Virus record (IMG/VR): IMGVR_UViG_3300045988_077100
Location: 2,602 to 66,601 of that record
DNA length: 64,000 nucleotides
Direction: 5' to 3' (one strand)
Source of the DNA: a virus
In this document: piece by piece, positions 51,901 through 61,268 of the stretch
How positions within the stretch are numbered: the stretch's first letter is position 1
Layout: every line of letters begins with the position of its first letter
Program-made: the position numbers and the translations under genes
The notes under the pieces: model-generated
Told to the model about the DNA's origin: nothing
Seen by the model: the letters and a program-made list of their open reading frames with translations, nothing else
The model's database searches: none

Positions 51901-53802
51901 CGGCTGAAGGACATCGTATCCCTGCGGAAGTCGGAGCTTTCCCTCATGCAGGAGCGTGGGGACAGCACGGCGGACCAGATCGACAAGATGCGGCAGATCC
52001 AAGCGGCGCTCCACGCACAGGCGGAGTATATGCGGCGGATCGGGGCCAGTCAGGCGGACATCAACGCCCTGTCCACGGAGCACTGGAAGATCACCAAGCA
52101 AATCCAAGAGCTGCAAAAGGATTTGTGGAATGAATTAGAGGACGCCGTTAACAAAAAGCTGGAAGAGGCGGAGGAAGCACGGGACAAGCAGACAGCCGCC
52201 ATTGACAAGCAGATCGCCGCGCTGAGGGACGCCAAGGAAGCCGAGGACGAAGCCCTGAAGCTGGAACAGCTGAAGGCGGCGGTGCTGGAAAAGCAGAACG
52301 CCTTGCTGGAAGCCCAGAAGGAACGGACGGTGCGGGTGTTCAACGCCGCAACCGGACAGTGGGAGTGGGAAGCCAACGCATCGTCCGTAAAGTCCGCACA
52401 GGACGCCTATGAAAAGGCCAAGGAGGACTTGGCGGAATATGAGCGGGAGTTGGCCCTTCAGCGGGAAATCGACGAACTGGAAGCCAAGAAAAAGCTCATC
52501 GAGGAAACCTATGACACCCTGAAAGCCGAGTGGAAGCGGATCACGGACAGCCTGCAGGAACCCACCCGGACCATTGACGATATTCTCAGCGACATTGCCA
52601 GAAACGGCACACCCAAGATGCGTCAGCAGGTGGAGGAGGTCAACAGCCTGCTGGGCAAACTGAATCAGTACATTGCCGGGGCTATGAATGGGATCATGCT
52701 TCCCGGACAGACGATGCTGCCGGGGATGATGGGCGCGGCCGGGGCCACCGGCGGCTTCCATTTCGACTACACGAAAAATCCGGGCGGCGGCTGGACGCAG
52801 ACAGAAATGAACGAGGGGTTCAAGGAGGGGGACTCTGGCTGGAAGCTGGCAGACGGCAGCGACGCCAACCTGAATTACCGGGACACCACGCCATACGGAA
52901 AGGGTGTGAAGGGGTCCTTCACCGGCGCGGATATGAGCCGTGACCCAAAGTTGGCGGGGCGAACCGTTGAGAAAAACGGATATATCATCACGTATGACGA
53001 AAACGGCTATGCTAAGAGCGCCATCAACGTACATCAGGGAGCTGTCAATGGAAAACTTTCCGGGCTTTACACGAAGGTGGACGCGGACGGCAACGAGATG
53101 CACTACACGGGCTATGACAAAAACGTGGATTACAACCTTGCCATCAAGCAGGCCAAGGAGTCCGGGGCCGGGGAAGGGCTGATCAAGCAGTTAGAGACAG
53201 AGCGGCAGAACAAGATCAACGCCATGTACGGCGGCAAGGACCCGGACAGAGGCGGAAGCGGTTCCGGCGGAAGTTCTTCAAAAGGCGGTTCGTCCAGCTC
53301 GTCCGGCGGCAAGGGCTATGACAGCAATGTGGACTACTCTCTGGCAATCAAAAATGCCGAAAAGAGAGGCGCCAGTCAGGCCACCATCGACAAACTGAAA
53401 GAAGAGCGCCAGAACAAGATCAATGACAAATACAGTGGAAAAGACCCGTACAAAAAATATGACTCCGGCGGCATTTTGAAGGGTCTGGGGGGCATCAAGG
53501 CCACCAGTCAGGACGAGATCGTGATCCCGCCGCTGCTGGCGGAGAAGATGCTGGAACCCAGCGCGGACAACACCTTCCAGAAGCGGATGAGTGAGCTTGG
53601 GTGGCTGTACGGCGCGGCGGAGCGGGGCAGCGCCATGCCGGGAAAGACGGTAATGAGCCGGACCAGCAACGACCACTACGGAGACAGCTACACGATCAAC
53701 GGCGTTCGGATCGGCGCGGAGGCGGCTGACCGGCTGACCGTGGCGCAGGTGATGCGGGCACTGAACAGCGGGGCCGGGAATCTGGGCCTCTACAAACATT
53801 AA
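48994..53802 (+). CDS. Tail tape measure protein (1602 aa)
   Basis: Size, long coiled-coil stretches, Gly/Ala-rich membrane-like segment, position in the tail module. Confidence 0.85.
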   Translation: MAKIIFKGVPDFTEVRAEIAKLKQEVASVSSTKVNLNGTAQGLNGAANAAGKLAGNLQKVSTTFDANGQATRQVRDFSARLGETTRVVATLNKETGDLAVTQQTVTRNYRQQAQAAEKAAAAELKATRQANAYLQQQTRAAQNTPYNPTSIQRQIEGMVGIGNAAKSAADSAGVFERAFLNTSDKVQKGTKEMTEKNGLLGDSFTNVYLKMLQWQVMGTIVSKTIGAFRDAISTMKAVDDEMVTVRKVTGFTAEQMEKLRDRAYETASAYGEAADEYLNSVAAFARAGYGEQADALAELATKTKLVGDTNAETAQQFLLSVDAAYQYKGNIEALTKVLDGANEIDNKYATSIEKLAEGLGTVAPVAAQAHVGIDELTAAIGTITAVTQRSGSEAARAFRALVLNIVGDTKTEIDEGVTWTTGEIAGLKDVIRQYAPAAYEAAKATGEVIDPMEAIGGLAQSMKDGLLTEQKLMEMVSDIGGKLRTSQLLALIQNWDMYQSMLKDYANAVGSADKEIENALDSWTRKTNILKNEWTEFIQSMVSTDAVKGGLDVLIGAVEVLNTDIGHFAAVSGTAVLGMLALKAAAKGATVAFAKLSAAGIAMNPWLLAIAAAAGAFSLVWKATEDYRKSLSTLNTEIETNNTQLEENKKRLEEIYAIPWHDLTPELIEEKKALEAENAELEQQIKHLTAIAEKKSQRVGGAGGTTITSMGSVKGYDEFVGRSFKSTEEMIAQLRLVTGQAISTTADLERLGITYETLADKAKAYTDQLQSGRSIQQDQIDDFYAVKTAAEQQVAAYEEAIKANGKLTDAQQADYDVLKAFLAQVNKATQPMSDYVAGLLKVQRQAGKSGDQIYDLVKRMIVLNEKKLDLSQQIGALRQLATEAGAAAYSVGMIGAAKTQDVERTIKGLLQTGKAKTYDEARAIVLNRIYKSMFTDTGRDSGTVDTTSKVDTSPTTSSTGKSTKDAELERLKDIVSLRKSELSLMQERGDSTADQIDKMRQIQAALHAQAEYMRRIGASQADINALSTEHWKITKQIQELQKDLWNELEDAVNKKLEEAEEARDKQTAAIDKQIAALRDAKEAEDEALKLEQLKAAVLEKQNALLEAQKERTVRVFNAATGQWEWEANASSVKSAQDAYEKAKEDLAEYERELALQREIDELEAKKKLIEETYDTLKAEWKRITDSLQEPTRTIDDILSDIARNGTPKMRQQVEEVNSLLGKLNQYIAGAMNGIMLPGQTMLPGMMGAAGATGGFHFDYTKNPGGGWTQTEMNEGFKEGDSGWKLADGSDANLNYRDTTPYGKGVKGSFTGADMSRDPKLAGRTVEKNGYIITYDENGYAKSAINVHQGAVNGKLSGLYTKVDADGNEMHYTGYDKNVDYNLAIKQAKESGAGEGLIKQLETERQNKINAMYGGKDPDRGGSGSGGSSSKGGSSSSSGGKGYDSNVDYSLAIKNAEKRGASQATIDKLKEERQNKINDKYSGKDPYKKYDSGGILKGLGGIKATSQDEIVIPPLLAEKMLEPSADNTFQKRMSELGWLYGAAERGSAMPGKTVMSRTSNDHYGDSYTINGVRIGAEAADRLTVAQVMRALNSGAGNLGLYKH

Positions 53803-53815
53803 GGGAGGCGGGCGC

Positions 53816-55915
53816 ATGGCATTATTCCAACCAACGAATATTTATCCATCGTCCCTTGGGGAACTGGGAAACGGCACGGTTGACATCACGAAGCCGCTGA
53901 CGGTGAGCTGGCAGGTGAACGGCAACTCCGCTATGACCGCGTTTTCCCTGACGATCTGCAAAAACGATGCGGCGTCCACACAGGTGTACACCACGGGGAA
54001 GCTGACGGAGGGATGCCCCTTCTATGGGATCGACTACGCGGGAAACACCGTGCTGTTTACCCACACCATTCCGGCTGACGCATTGAGCGGGGCGAATATG
54101 GAGAATGGGCAGCAGTACAAGCTGATCATCAAGCAGTGGTGGGGGGAGACCGACGCAGAGAGCGTGACCCAGCGGAGCGCATCGGTCTTTCTGACGAGGG
54201 CGGACCCGGTACTGACCGTGGCCGCCATCCCCTCGCCGCTGACGGTGCGGAAGTACGCATTTACGGCGGCCTATTCTCAGGCGCAGGGAGACACGCTGAA
54301 CTGGGTGCGGTGGATGCTCCGGGCAAAAAGCAGCGATACGGCGCTCTATGACAGCGGGCGCATTTACGGCACGGCGGAACTGCGGATGGAGTATGACGGC
54401 CTGTTTTCCGACACGGATTACGCCGTTCGCTGTCAGGTGCAGACGGAGAACGGCGTTCAGGCAGACACCGGCTGGGTGGATTTCCGGGTGGCCTACGCTA
54501 CCGCCACCACCACCGGCGCGGTGGTGGCCTGTCCCAACTGCAAAAAGTCCGGTATCCGGGTGACATGGCCGGGGCTGTACGATGTGCAGGGCACGGCGGC
54601 GGGAGAAAACCGCATCCAAAACGGAAAGCTGGTATTGGGAGCGGATGGGACCGTGATCTGGGACAAGGTGACGGGGCAGCCGATGAACTACGCTCAGCCG
54701 TGGAGCTTGGTGTGGAGCGGGACGGTGGACGTGAACCGCGACAACCCCATCCTGACGGTGGGGCTGAATGGCGGCGCGGCCATTGTGACGCTGGGGAAGT
54801 CCGGCGTTTCTATGACGGTGGACGGCGTGGAGGTCTGGAAGGACGCCCTGTGCGGCGTAACGGAGGAGGACGAATGGACGCTGGTGATCACCGGCGGACA
54901 AATCTATCTCCGGCAGGTGACGTGGATCAACGCCTTGTATCCCGCCGTGACCCTGTACCCCGGACCGGAGCTGTATCCCTACAAGGGCATTCAATCCGGC
55001 AACCTTTTCAGCAGCGACGTGAACCTGACGGGGCGGTCCATTACTTCTTTGACGCTGGGCGGCGTCCAGACCTGCGACTATCTGTGGGTGACGGGTGAGG
55101 TTCTGGAAGCCAGTGTGCTGGACCAGATTCTGAGCCAGGACGGCTGGACGCCGGTGGCGTTTTCCGGGAACACACTGTTCCAGACGGATTTCGCCGGAGG
55201 CGGCCTGCAGGCGGGGAACCTGGCTTTCAGCGGAACGCTGACGGGCTTTGCCATTTACCGCTACCACGAGGGGGAAGCAACGCTGGAACCGGTGGCGCAG
55301 ACGCCCCTTTCGGAGCGGGCCATTCTGGACTGCAAGGCGGTATCGCAGGAGACATACCGCTACTATATGTTTGGACTGGGGCAGACGGCGGACGGGCAGG
55401 AGGTCATCGTGACCAACGCCATGATCTCCGACGCGGTGACGCCCATTTTCTGGGACTGGACGGTTCTGCAATGCACCATGGACGCAGATGGGGGCTATCA
55501 CCCGGCGGCGATCTTCCGGTTCAGCCTGAACGTGGCCAGCGGGGAAATCAGCAACAACAACAGCCCCGGTGTGCTGGGGAATTTCACCCGGTATCCTACG
55601 GTACAGAGTTCCCCCAGCGATTACCGCTCCGGGACGCTCTCGGCGGCCATAGGGCACGTTCTGACAAGTGGGGAGTATACGGATACCAACGAGGTGCGGG
55701 ACGCCGTGTACGCCCTCTCAACCACGCAGGACACCCTGTTTTTGAAAGACAGGCGGGGAGACCTGTGGCAGATCAGGGCGGGCGGGGCCATTACCATGAG
55801 CACCATGGACGGCAGCCGACAGCAGGTGCAGACGGTGACGCTGCCATGGGTGGAGATCGGCTCCGCGGATGGGGCGCGTATCCTGCTCACATCCAGCGAC
55901 GCTTTGTTTGCATAA
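53816..55915 (+). CDS. Putative distal tail protein (699 aa)
   Basis: First gene after the tape measure. Confidence 0.55.
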   Translation: MALFQPTNIYPSSLGELGNGTVDITKPLTVSWQVNGNSAMTAFSLTICKNDAASTQVYTTGKLTEGCPFYGIDYAGNTVLFTHTIPADALSGANMENGQQYKLIIKQWWGETDAESVTQRSASVFLTRADPVLTVAAIPSPLTVRKYAFTAAYSQAQGDTLNWVRWMLRAKSSDTALYDSGRIYGTAELRMEYDGLFSDTDYAVRCQVQTENGVQADTGWVDFRVAYATATTTGAVVACPNCKKSGIRVTWPGLYDVQGTAAGENRIQNGKLVLGADGTVIWDKVTGQPMNYAQPWSLVWSGTVDVNRDNPILTVGLNGGAAIVTLGKSGVSMTVDGVEVWKDALCGVTEEDEWTLVITGGQIYLRQVTWINALYPAVTLYPGPELYPYKGIQSGNLFSSDVNLTGRSITSLTLGGVQTCDYLWVTGEVLEASVLDQILSQDGWTPVAFSGNTLFQTDFAGGGLQAGNLAFSGTLTGFAIYRYHEGEATLEPVAQTPLSERAILDCKAVSQETYRYYMFGLGQTADGQEVIVTNAMISDAVTPIFWDWTVLQCTMDADGGYHPAAIFRFSLNVASGEISNNNSPGVLGNFTRYPTVQSSPSDYRSGTLSAAIGHVLTSGEYTDTNEVRDAVYALSTTQDTLFLKDRRGDLWQIRAGGAITMSTMDGSRQQVQTVTLPWVEIGSADGARILLTSSDALFA

Positions 55916-55933
55916 GAGGGAGGCGATGCAGAA

Positions 55934-57190
55934 ATGACCCAAGCGGAACGGATGAACGATTACCGCAAGATGCTGCGCCGGCCTTTTACCAAGCTGTGCC
56001 GTCTGCGGTTTTTACAACCGGACGGCTCCACGGCCTTTGCACTGGACAACAACCCCACGGGGCGCTTTGCCGGGGCATTTATCGCGGACGGGAGCCTTTC
56101 CGTGAATCTGAACAACGGCCAGCGGCGGACGGCCTCAGTGACGCTGGCGAATCTGGACGGCACGTTCGATTACAACATCAACCGGGTGTGGTTCGGGAAC
56201 CGGATCGCACTGGACGAGGGCCTTGTACTCAGCGACGGCACGGACTTTTACATCCAACAGGGGGTCTTTCTGGTGAAGGACCCGGTGGAGACGCTGGAAC
56301 CGGCCAAGCGGACGGCGCAGTACGATCTGGTGGATAAATGGTCGGATCTGGACGGAACGCTTTTCGGCTATCTGGAAGGGACCTATGAAGTGAAAGCGGG
56401 GGTCAACGTATTTGACCCCATCGCAGCCCTTTTAAAACTGGACCGGGGAAACGGGGAACTGGTGGACAATGTGGCCCCGGTATTCACGGAATACTACAAC
56501 GGCAAGACTCAGCAGCTGGCAAACGGCACCACGGCCAAGCTGACGGACGCGCCCTACACCCTGCGGGTGGACAGTGACAACGGAAGCTATGCGGACGTGT
56601 GCCTTGGTCTTGCGGAAATGCTGGCGGCGTGGATCGGGTACGATGCCTCCGGCGCACTGCGGATCGACCCCTCTCAGGACGATATTCTGGACAGCGACAA
56701 GCCGCTGGCGTGGCAATTCTCACAAAGCGAGGCGGAGCTGCTTGGGACGGAGTACACGGAAAAGAACACGGAAGTGTACAACGATTTTATCGTGATTGGG
56801 GAAGCGGTGAACAACAGCCCGCAGGTGGCGGCACGGGCGCAGAACCTTGACCCGGCCAGCAGCACGAATGTAAGTCGGATTGGGCGCAAAACCGTGCGCT
56901 ACCGGGCGGCGGGCTATTCCACAAAAAGACAGTGCGAGGACTTGGCTGTGTGGAAGCTGAAACGGTCCGCGGCACTGCAAAAGTCCGTCTCGGTTTCTTG
57001 CAGCCAGATCATGCACCTGAACGAAAATGAACTCATTTCTATCGTGCGGAGCGACAAGGCGGGGTCTCCGGTGGAGCGGCATCTGGTGCAGGGGTTTACA
57101 AGGCCCCTGACATGGAGCGGCCCCATGCAAATTTCCGCCGTGTCGGTACAGGATTTCCCCACGGCCACCGTGACGGGGTGGCCCACCTGA
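55934..57190 (+). CDS. Putative tail tip / Tal-like protein (418 aa)
   Basis: Second gene after the tape measure. Confidence 0.5.
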   Translation: MTQAERMNDYRKMLRRPFTKLCRLRFLQPDGSTAFALDNNPTGRFAGAFIADGSLSVNLNNGQRRTASVTLANLDGTFDYNINRVWFGNRIALDEGLVLSDGTDFYIQQGVFLVKDPVETLEPAKRTAQYDLVDKWSDLDGTLFGYLEGTYEVKAGVNVFDPIAALLKLDRGNGELVDNVAPVFTEYYNGKTQQLANGTTAKLTDAPYTLRVDSDNGSYADVCLGLAEMLAAWIGYDASGALRIDPSQDDILDSDKPLAWQFSQSEAELLGTEYTEKNTEVYNDFIVIGEAVNNSPQVAARAQNLDPASSTNVSRIGRKTVRYRAAGYSTKRQCEDLAVWKLKRSAALQKSVSVSCSQIMHLNENELISIVRSDKAGSPVERHLVQGFTRPLTWSGPMQISAVSVQDFPTATVTGWPT

Positions 57191-57296
57191 ACGGTGAAGC
57201 AGCCCAAAAGGGCACCGGATCAAAAGGAGGAACTTTTATGAAGAAGAATCGTTGCGGAAAAACGGCCCTTTTTTTCCCTGAGAGGGGGCGGATGTA

Positions 57297-57707
57297 ATGG
57301 CATATTCCAAAACCGTATGGGTCAACGGTCAGGCCCCAGCGCTGGACGCAGCGCATCTGAACAAGATCGAAAATGAACTGGAAGCCCTTGACCAGCGCCC
57401 TATTGGGGGCGGGGGGACCACCTACACCGCCACCATCGGGACTGCATGGACGGAGGACAGCAACACCGGGGTCAAGACCCAGAGCGTGGCGATTCCCGGC
57501 GTGAAGGCATCCAACACGGCCACGGTGGACCATGCTTACACCGGCAGTGGGACAAGCGACGACTATGCCGCCTTTGTGGAGGCAGAGAACCAGTATCTCA
57601 ACTGCATCACCAACGGCTACGCAGAGACCTATGACGGCGGGATCAAGTTTACCATCTTCGGGGACGCCAACACGGTGTCCATTCCCATTGTGGTGGAGGT
57701 GAGCTGA
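57297..57707 (+). CDS. Putative tail fibre protein (136 aa)
   Basis: N-terminus MAYSKTVWVNGQAPALDAAHLNKIENELEAL is a common tail-fibre N-terminal motif. Confidence 0.55.
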   Translation: MAYSKTVWVNGQAPALDAAHLNKIENELEALDQRPIGGGGTTYTATIGTAWTEDSNTGVKTQSVAIPGVKASNTATVDHAYTGSGTSDDYAAFVEAENQYLNCITNGYAETYDGGIKFTIFGDANTVSIPIVVEVS

Positions 57708-58432
57708 TGGGCTTTGCAATCGTGGCGGGGGGGAACCCCAATATGGCGGTGCCGGTGGCAGGGATTGCCGCCGGGGACATCGCCGTGGGGTCTACGGTGA
57801 AGCTGATGGAGAGCGGCACGGCGGTTGAATATCTGGTGGTGAATCAGGGGATTCCCAGCAATTCCAACCTGTACGACAGCAGCTGCGATGGGACGTGGCT
57901 GCTGAGGAAGGCCATTCATAGCGACAGGGCTTGGAACTCTTCCAACGTCAGCACATACGCCAGCAGCGCTATTAACACATGGTTGAACGGAGATTTTTTC
58001 AACACATTGACAAGCGGAAATGCGGTGAAGCAAGTGAAAATCCCGTATTGCACAGGTGGGGGGACTTCCACGGTGAACAGCGGGGCCAACGGGCTGAGTG
58101 TTAGGGCCTTTCTGCTGGGCGGCTATGAATTGGGGCTGAGAACCAGTGACAACAGCAGTTTCCCCGTGGATGGCGCGAAGTTGAGCTATTTTGATACGGG
58201 GATGGGGACATCTGCCAACAATAAGCGCATTGCAAATCTGAACGGTGCAGCCAGTGTATGGGGGCTCCGCTCTCCGTGGAAAGATGATACCAACTTTGTG
58301 TGGGATATTGATTCCAACGGTGAGATCCTTTACGGTGTTGCCACTGGAACATACGGCATCCGTCCGGCGCTGGTGCTGTTCAAAACGGCCATCTTTGACA
58401 AAGACACCATGATCCTGAAGGGGGCGGCGTGA
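57707..58432 (+). CDS. DUF6273-like receptor-binding candidate (241 aa)
   Basis: ..VWGLRSPW..GIRPALVL.. pattern. Paralogue-like to 59610..60455. Confidence 0.5.
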   Translation: MGFAIVAGGNPNMAVPVAGIAAGDIAVGSTVKLMESGTAVEYLVVNQGIPSNSNLYDSSCDGTWLLRKAIHSDRAWNSSNVSTYASSAINTWLNGDFFNTLTSGNAVKQVKIPYCTGGGTSTVNSGANGLSVRAFLLGGYELGLRTSDNSSFPVDGAKLSYFDTGMGTSANNKRIANLNGAASVWGLRSPWKDDTNFVWDIDSNGEILYGVATGTYGIRPALVLFKTAIFDKDTMILKGAA

Positions 58433-59613
58433 TGGGACATGTTCTGTTTCTGAGGAAGGGCAGCGTACATACCGCACCGGGGAATGGGCTGCCCTATGGC
58501 TACCAGAAATTGCAGTATATCCAGAGCACCGGCACACAGTACGTAAATACAGGGGTTAAGCCAAATCAGGATGCACGGGTAGTGCTTGATGTTTATGCCA
58601 GCCCAGCAACAACTGCATCATGGCTATTTGGAGCGAGAAATGGAAATACCGATAGGACCTTCGGCCTACTCAGTTACAATTCTCAGTACCGTTCCGACTA
58701 CAACAACTCAACGGAAGAGTATTCTACGGTAACTCCATCCGGGAAGTTTACAGTTGATAAGGACAAGAACGTTACAAAGTTTAACGGGACGATAGGCGTT
58801 ACAGCAAAATATGGAGCGTTCCAATGCACATATCCGATGTTCCTTTTCGCAAACAACAACGCTGGAACAGCAGCAGGGTTCGGTTCTTTTAAACTATACT
58901 CCTGCCAGATCTACGACAACGGAACCCTTGTGCGGGACTATGTGCCCTGCAAGAATCCCTCCGGCGTGGTTGGCCTGTACGACCTGACGGGGAAACAGTT
59001 TTACGGCAACAGCGGCACGGCCATTTTCTACGCAGGCCCGCCGGTGGTAACGCTGCCGGAGGGGTACACGCAGCTGATGTATCTGGAAAGCAGCGGCACC
59101 CAGTACATCAATACCGGCTTTACGCCCAATCAGGACGCAAGGATTCAGCTGGATTGCGAACGCACGGCAGCCAATGCAACAGATCACTTTTTCGGCGTGA
59201 GAACCGGCAATTCGGCTTCGTCCGCATTCGCTTTCTATATCTATAATTCCGGCTGGCGGTGGGCCTACAACAATGCGACGGCCAACGGCACCGGCCCCGA
59301 TATCGGCAGGTATTTCATTGACGCCAACAAGAACATCACGACGATAAATGGGGACACGACATTGACCGGCACCTATGCCAGTTTCACGGCAGCCGCAGCT
59401 GCTCCGCTGTTTGCCATGCTGTCCGCCCCCAGCGGGTTTTCCTACGGTTCGTTCCGGCTTTACACCTGCCGGATCTACAACAACGGCCTGATGGTACGGG
59501 ATTTCATCCCGTGCAGGAACGCCAGCGGGACGATCGGGCTTTACGATCTGGTGAATGGGCAGTTTTATACCAACGCGGGAACGGGGACGTTCACAGGAAG
59601 CGAGGTGGAATGA
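58429..59613 (+). CDS. Tail-associated protein with internal tandem duplication (394 aa)
   Basis: Two ~185-aa halves align: LPYGYQKLQYIQSTGTQYVNTGVKPNQDARV.. with LPEGYTQLMYLESSGTQYINTGFTPNQDARI.., and ..FKLYSCQIYDNGTLVRDYVPCKNPSGVVGLYDL.. with ..FRLYTCRIYNNGLMVRDFIPCRNASGTIGLYDL... Confidence 0.6.
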   Translation: MMGHVLFLRKGSVHTAPGNGLPYGYQKLQYIQSTGTQYVNTGVKPNQDARVVLDVYASPATTASWLFGARNGNTDRTFGLLSYNSQYRSDYNNSTEEYSTVTPSGKFTVDKDKNVTKFNGTIGVTAKYGAFQCTYPMFLFANNNAGTAAGFGSFKLYSCQIYDNGTLVRDYVPCKNPSGVVGLYDLTGKQFYGNSGTAIFYAGPPVVTLPEGYTQLMYLESSGTQYINTGFTPNQDARIQLDCERTAANATDHFFGVRTGNSASSAFAFYIYNSGWRWAYNNATANGTGPDIGRYFIDANKNITTINGDTTLTGTYASFTAAAAAPLFAMLSAPSGFSYGSFRLYTCRIYNNGLMVRDFIPCRNASGTIGLYDLVNGQFYTNAGTGTFTGSEVE

Positions 59614-60455
59614 TGGGCAGAGTGATTATGAGCGGCATTGTGCCGACGCTGAAAGCGCCGGTGAATGTTGATCCGGTGCTGAACAACAACAGCTGGGAAA
59701 CCATCAGCAAAATCAGTCAGGCGGGGTTGGCGGCGCAGTATTGGAACGTGGGCGACACGAAGGACATTGTGATCAACGGCACGGTGGGAAGGACAACCTT
59801 TACCAACCTGACGGTGCAGGCGTTCATCATTGGCATTGACCACAACTCTGCCAGAGAGGGGCAGCACTTAATCCATTTCCAGATCGGCAAAATCGGTGAG
59901 AAATTGGTTGGACTGGTGGATGGTGATTACGGCGACTATACATATTCAAACGGTGCCTTTACCATGAATAAGTTGAACACGAACAGCGGCGGGTGGAATA
60001 ACAGCCACATGAGAGAGACCGTGCTGGGCAGCGACAGCACCAGCGCCACCAGCCCACCGGGAAACACCCTGCTGGCAGCCATGCCTGCGGATCTCCGGGC
60101 GGTTATGAAGCCGGCCACCAAGTACAGCGACAACACCGGCGGCGGACATGACACCGCAAGCTATGTTACCGCTACCCAGGATCTGCTGCCGTTGCTTTCG
60201 GAGTTTGAATATTTTGGGGTAAGAACCTACGCCAACAGCGCGGAGCAGAATTACCAGGTCCAGTATGACTATTACAAGGCTGGAAACAGCAAGGTGCATT
60301 ATAAGCACAACGCCACCGGCACAAAGGCCTCTGTGTGGTGCCGTTCCGTCGATTCGAGCACCAATCGCTATTTCTGCCGTGTCTACACCGACGGTGACAC
60401 CGCCACTGACGGTGCCTACTATTCCTTGGCGCTGGCCCCCTGCTTTTTTGTATAA
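59610..60455 (+). CDS. DUF6273-like receptor-binding candidate (281 aa)
   Basis: ..SVWCRSV.. pattern and last-in-module position. Confidence 0.5.
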   Translation: MMGRVIMSGIVPTLKAPVNVDPVLNNNSWETISKISQAGLAAQYWNVGDTKDIVINGTVGRTTFTNLTVQAFIIGIDHNSAREGQHLIHFQIGKIGEKLVGLVDGDYGDYTYSNGAFTMNKLNTNSGGWNNSHMRETVLGSDSTSATSPPGNTLLAAMPADLRAVMKPATKYSDNTGGGHDTASYVTATQDLLPLLSEFEYFGVRTYANSAEQNYQVQYDYYKAGNSKVHYKHNATGTKASVWCRSVDSSTNRYFCRVYTDGDTATDGAYYSLALAPCFFV

Positions 60456-60466
60456 GGAGGATTTCT

Positions 60467-60748
60467 ATGTACAGATTGACCACCCCGCAAGGGGAAAGCT
60501 ACCTGACCGAGAAGGTCAACTACATCCGTAGACACGATTCCGGGGTGTACCTGCTGACGGACGCAGGGAGAGCGGAGGGCGTGGCGTACCGTGGGACACC
60601 GTATCTTTTCCGGGATGGGGCGCAGGTATGTGAGGTGGACGCCGGGGAAACGGTGCACACCACCGAAAAGACGGTATCGGACAACGATGCCATGAACGTG
60701 GATCAGGAGTACAGGCTGACGCTTCTGGAGCTTGGCCTGAACGAATGA
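60467..60748 (+). CDS. Hypothetical protein (93 aa)
   Basis: ORF track; AAGGAGG SD. Confidence 0.5.
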   Translation: MYRLTTPQGESYLTEKVNYIRRHDSGVYLLTDAGRAEGVAYRGTPYLFRDGAQVCEVDAGETVHTTEKTVSDNDAMNVDQEYRLTLLELGLNE

Positions 60749-60778
60749 TAAACCTAACATTTTGAAAGGAGAACCAGT

Positions 60779-60940
60779 ATGCTGTACAGAACTTTGAAGC
60801 GGATGATCGAGCGAGGCCAGACCACCGGCATGGAGGAAAAGCTGGACATTTTCTTTGCGGCCGGGAAACTGACGGAGGCGGAGTATTCCGAATTGATCGG
60901 GATGCTGCATCTGGAGAAGGCGGCGGGAGAGAAAGCATAA
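60779..60940 (+). CDS. XkdX-like small protein (53 aa)
   Basis: ..KLDIFFAAGKLTEAEYSELIGML.. resembles XkdX-family proteins. Below the ORF-track cut-off. Confidence 0.45.
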   Translation: MLYRTLKRMIERGQTTGMEEKLDIFFAAGKLTEAEYSELIGMLHLEKAAGEKA

Positions 60941-61021
60941 AATATCCGGCATCCCCGGCTGATTTCCCGTTTTTTCGACACGCCCTCTGTGGTACACTGA
61001 CCGCAGAAGGGAGGGGAGACC

Positions 61022-61159
61022 ATGGAGCAGCTGAAACCGGAATATCTCTGTCTGTTTCACGCCATTACGGAAGCCATTGAGGAACTGGAACGCCTAAAAG
61101 CGGACCTGATGGCGGCGCAGCGCAGGGCGGAGGCCCTTTACATGGAGCGCACGGACTAA
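61022..61159 (+). CDS. Possible small coiled-coil protein (45 aa)
   Basis: MEQLKPEYLCLFHAITEAIEELERLKADL..; GGGAGGGG SD. Below the ORF-track cut-off. Confidence 0.35.
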   Translation: MEQLKPEYLCLFHAITEAIEELERLKADLMAAQRRAEALYMERTD

Positions 61160-61174
61160 CCGTGCGCTCTTTTT
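61147..61174 (+). terminator. Intrinsic terminator ending the plus-strand late operon
   Basis: GCGCACGG-actaa-CCGTGCGC followed by TCTTTTT. Confidence 0.7.
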
Positions 61175-61196
61175 ATAATTGTGCGGTCTTATGCAG

Positions 61197-61244
61197 ACAA
61201 AAAAACACACGCTCGTGCGATCAAAACGCATGAGCGTGTGTTTT
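61197..61244 (-). terminator. Terminator for the minus-strand recombinase gene
   Basis: ACACACGCTC/GAGCGTGTGT stem, followed by a T7-8 run on the minus strand. Confidence 0.6.
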
Positions 61245-61268
61245 GGTTTCAGGGTGGGCGTGGGGAAA

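Noticed and set aside
57238-57297. 19-aa ORF (MKKNRCGKTALFFPERGRM) with an AAGGAGG SD between the tail genes
   Set aside because: Too short to support. It may simply be a spacer containing a weak A/T hairpin.
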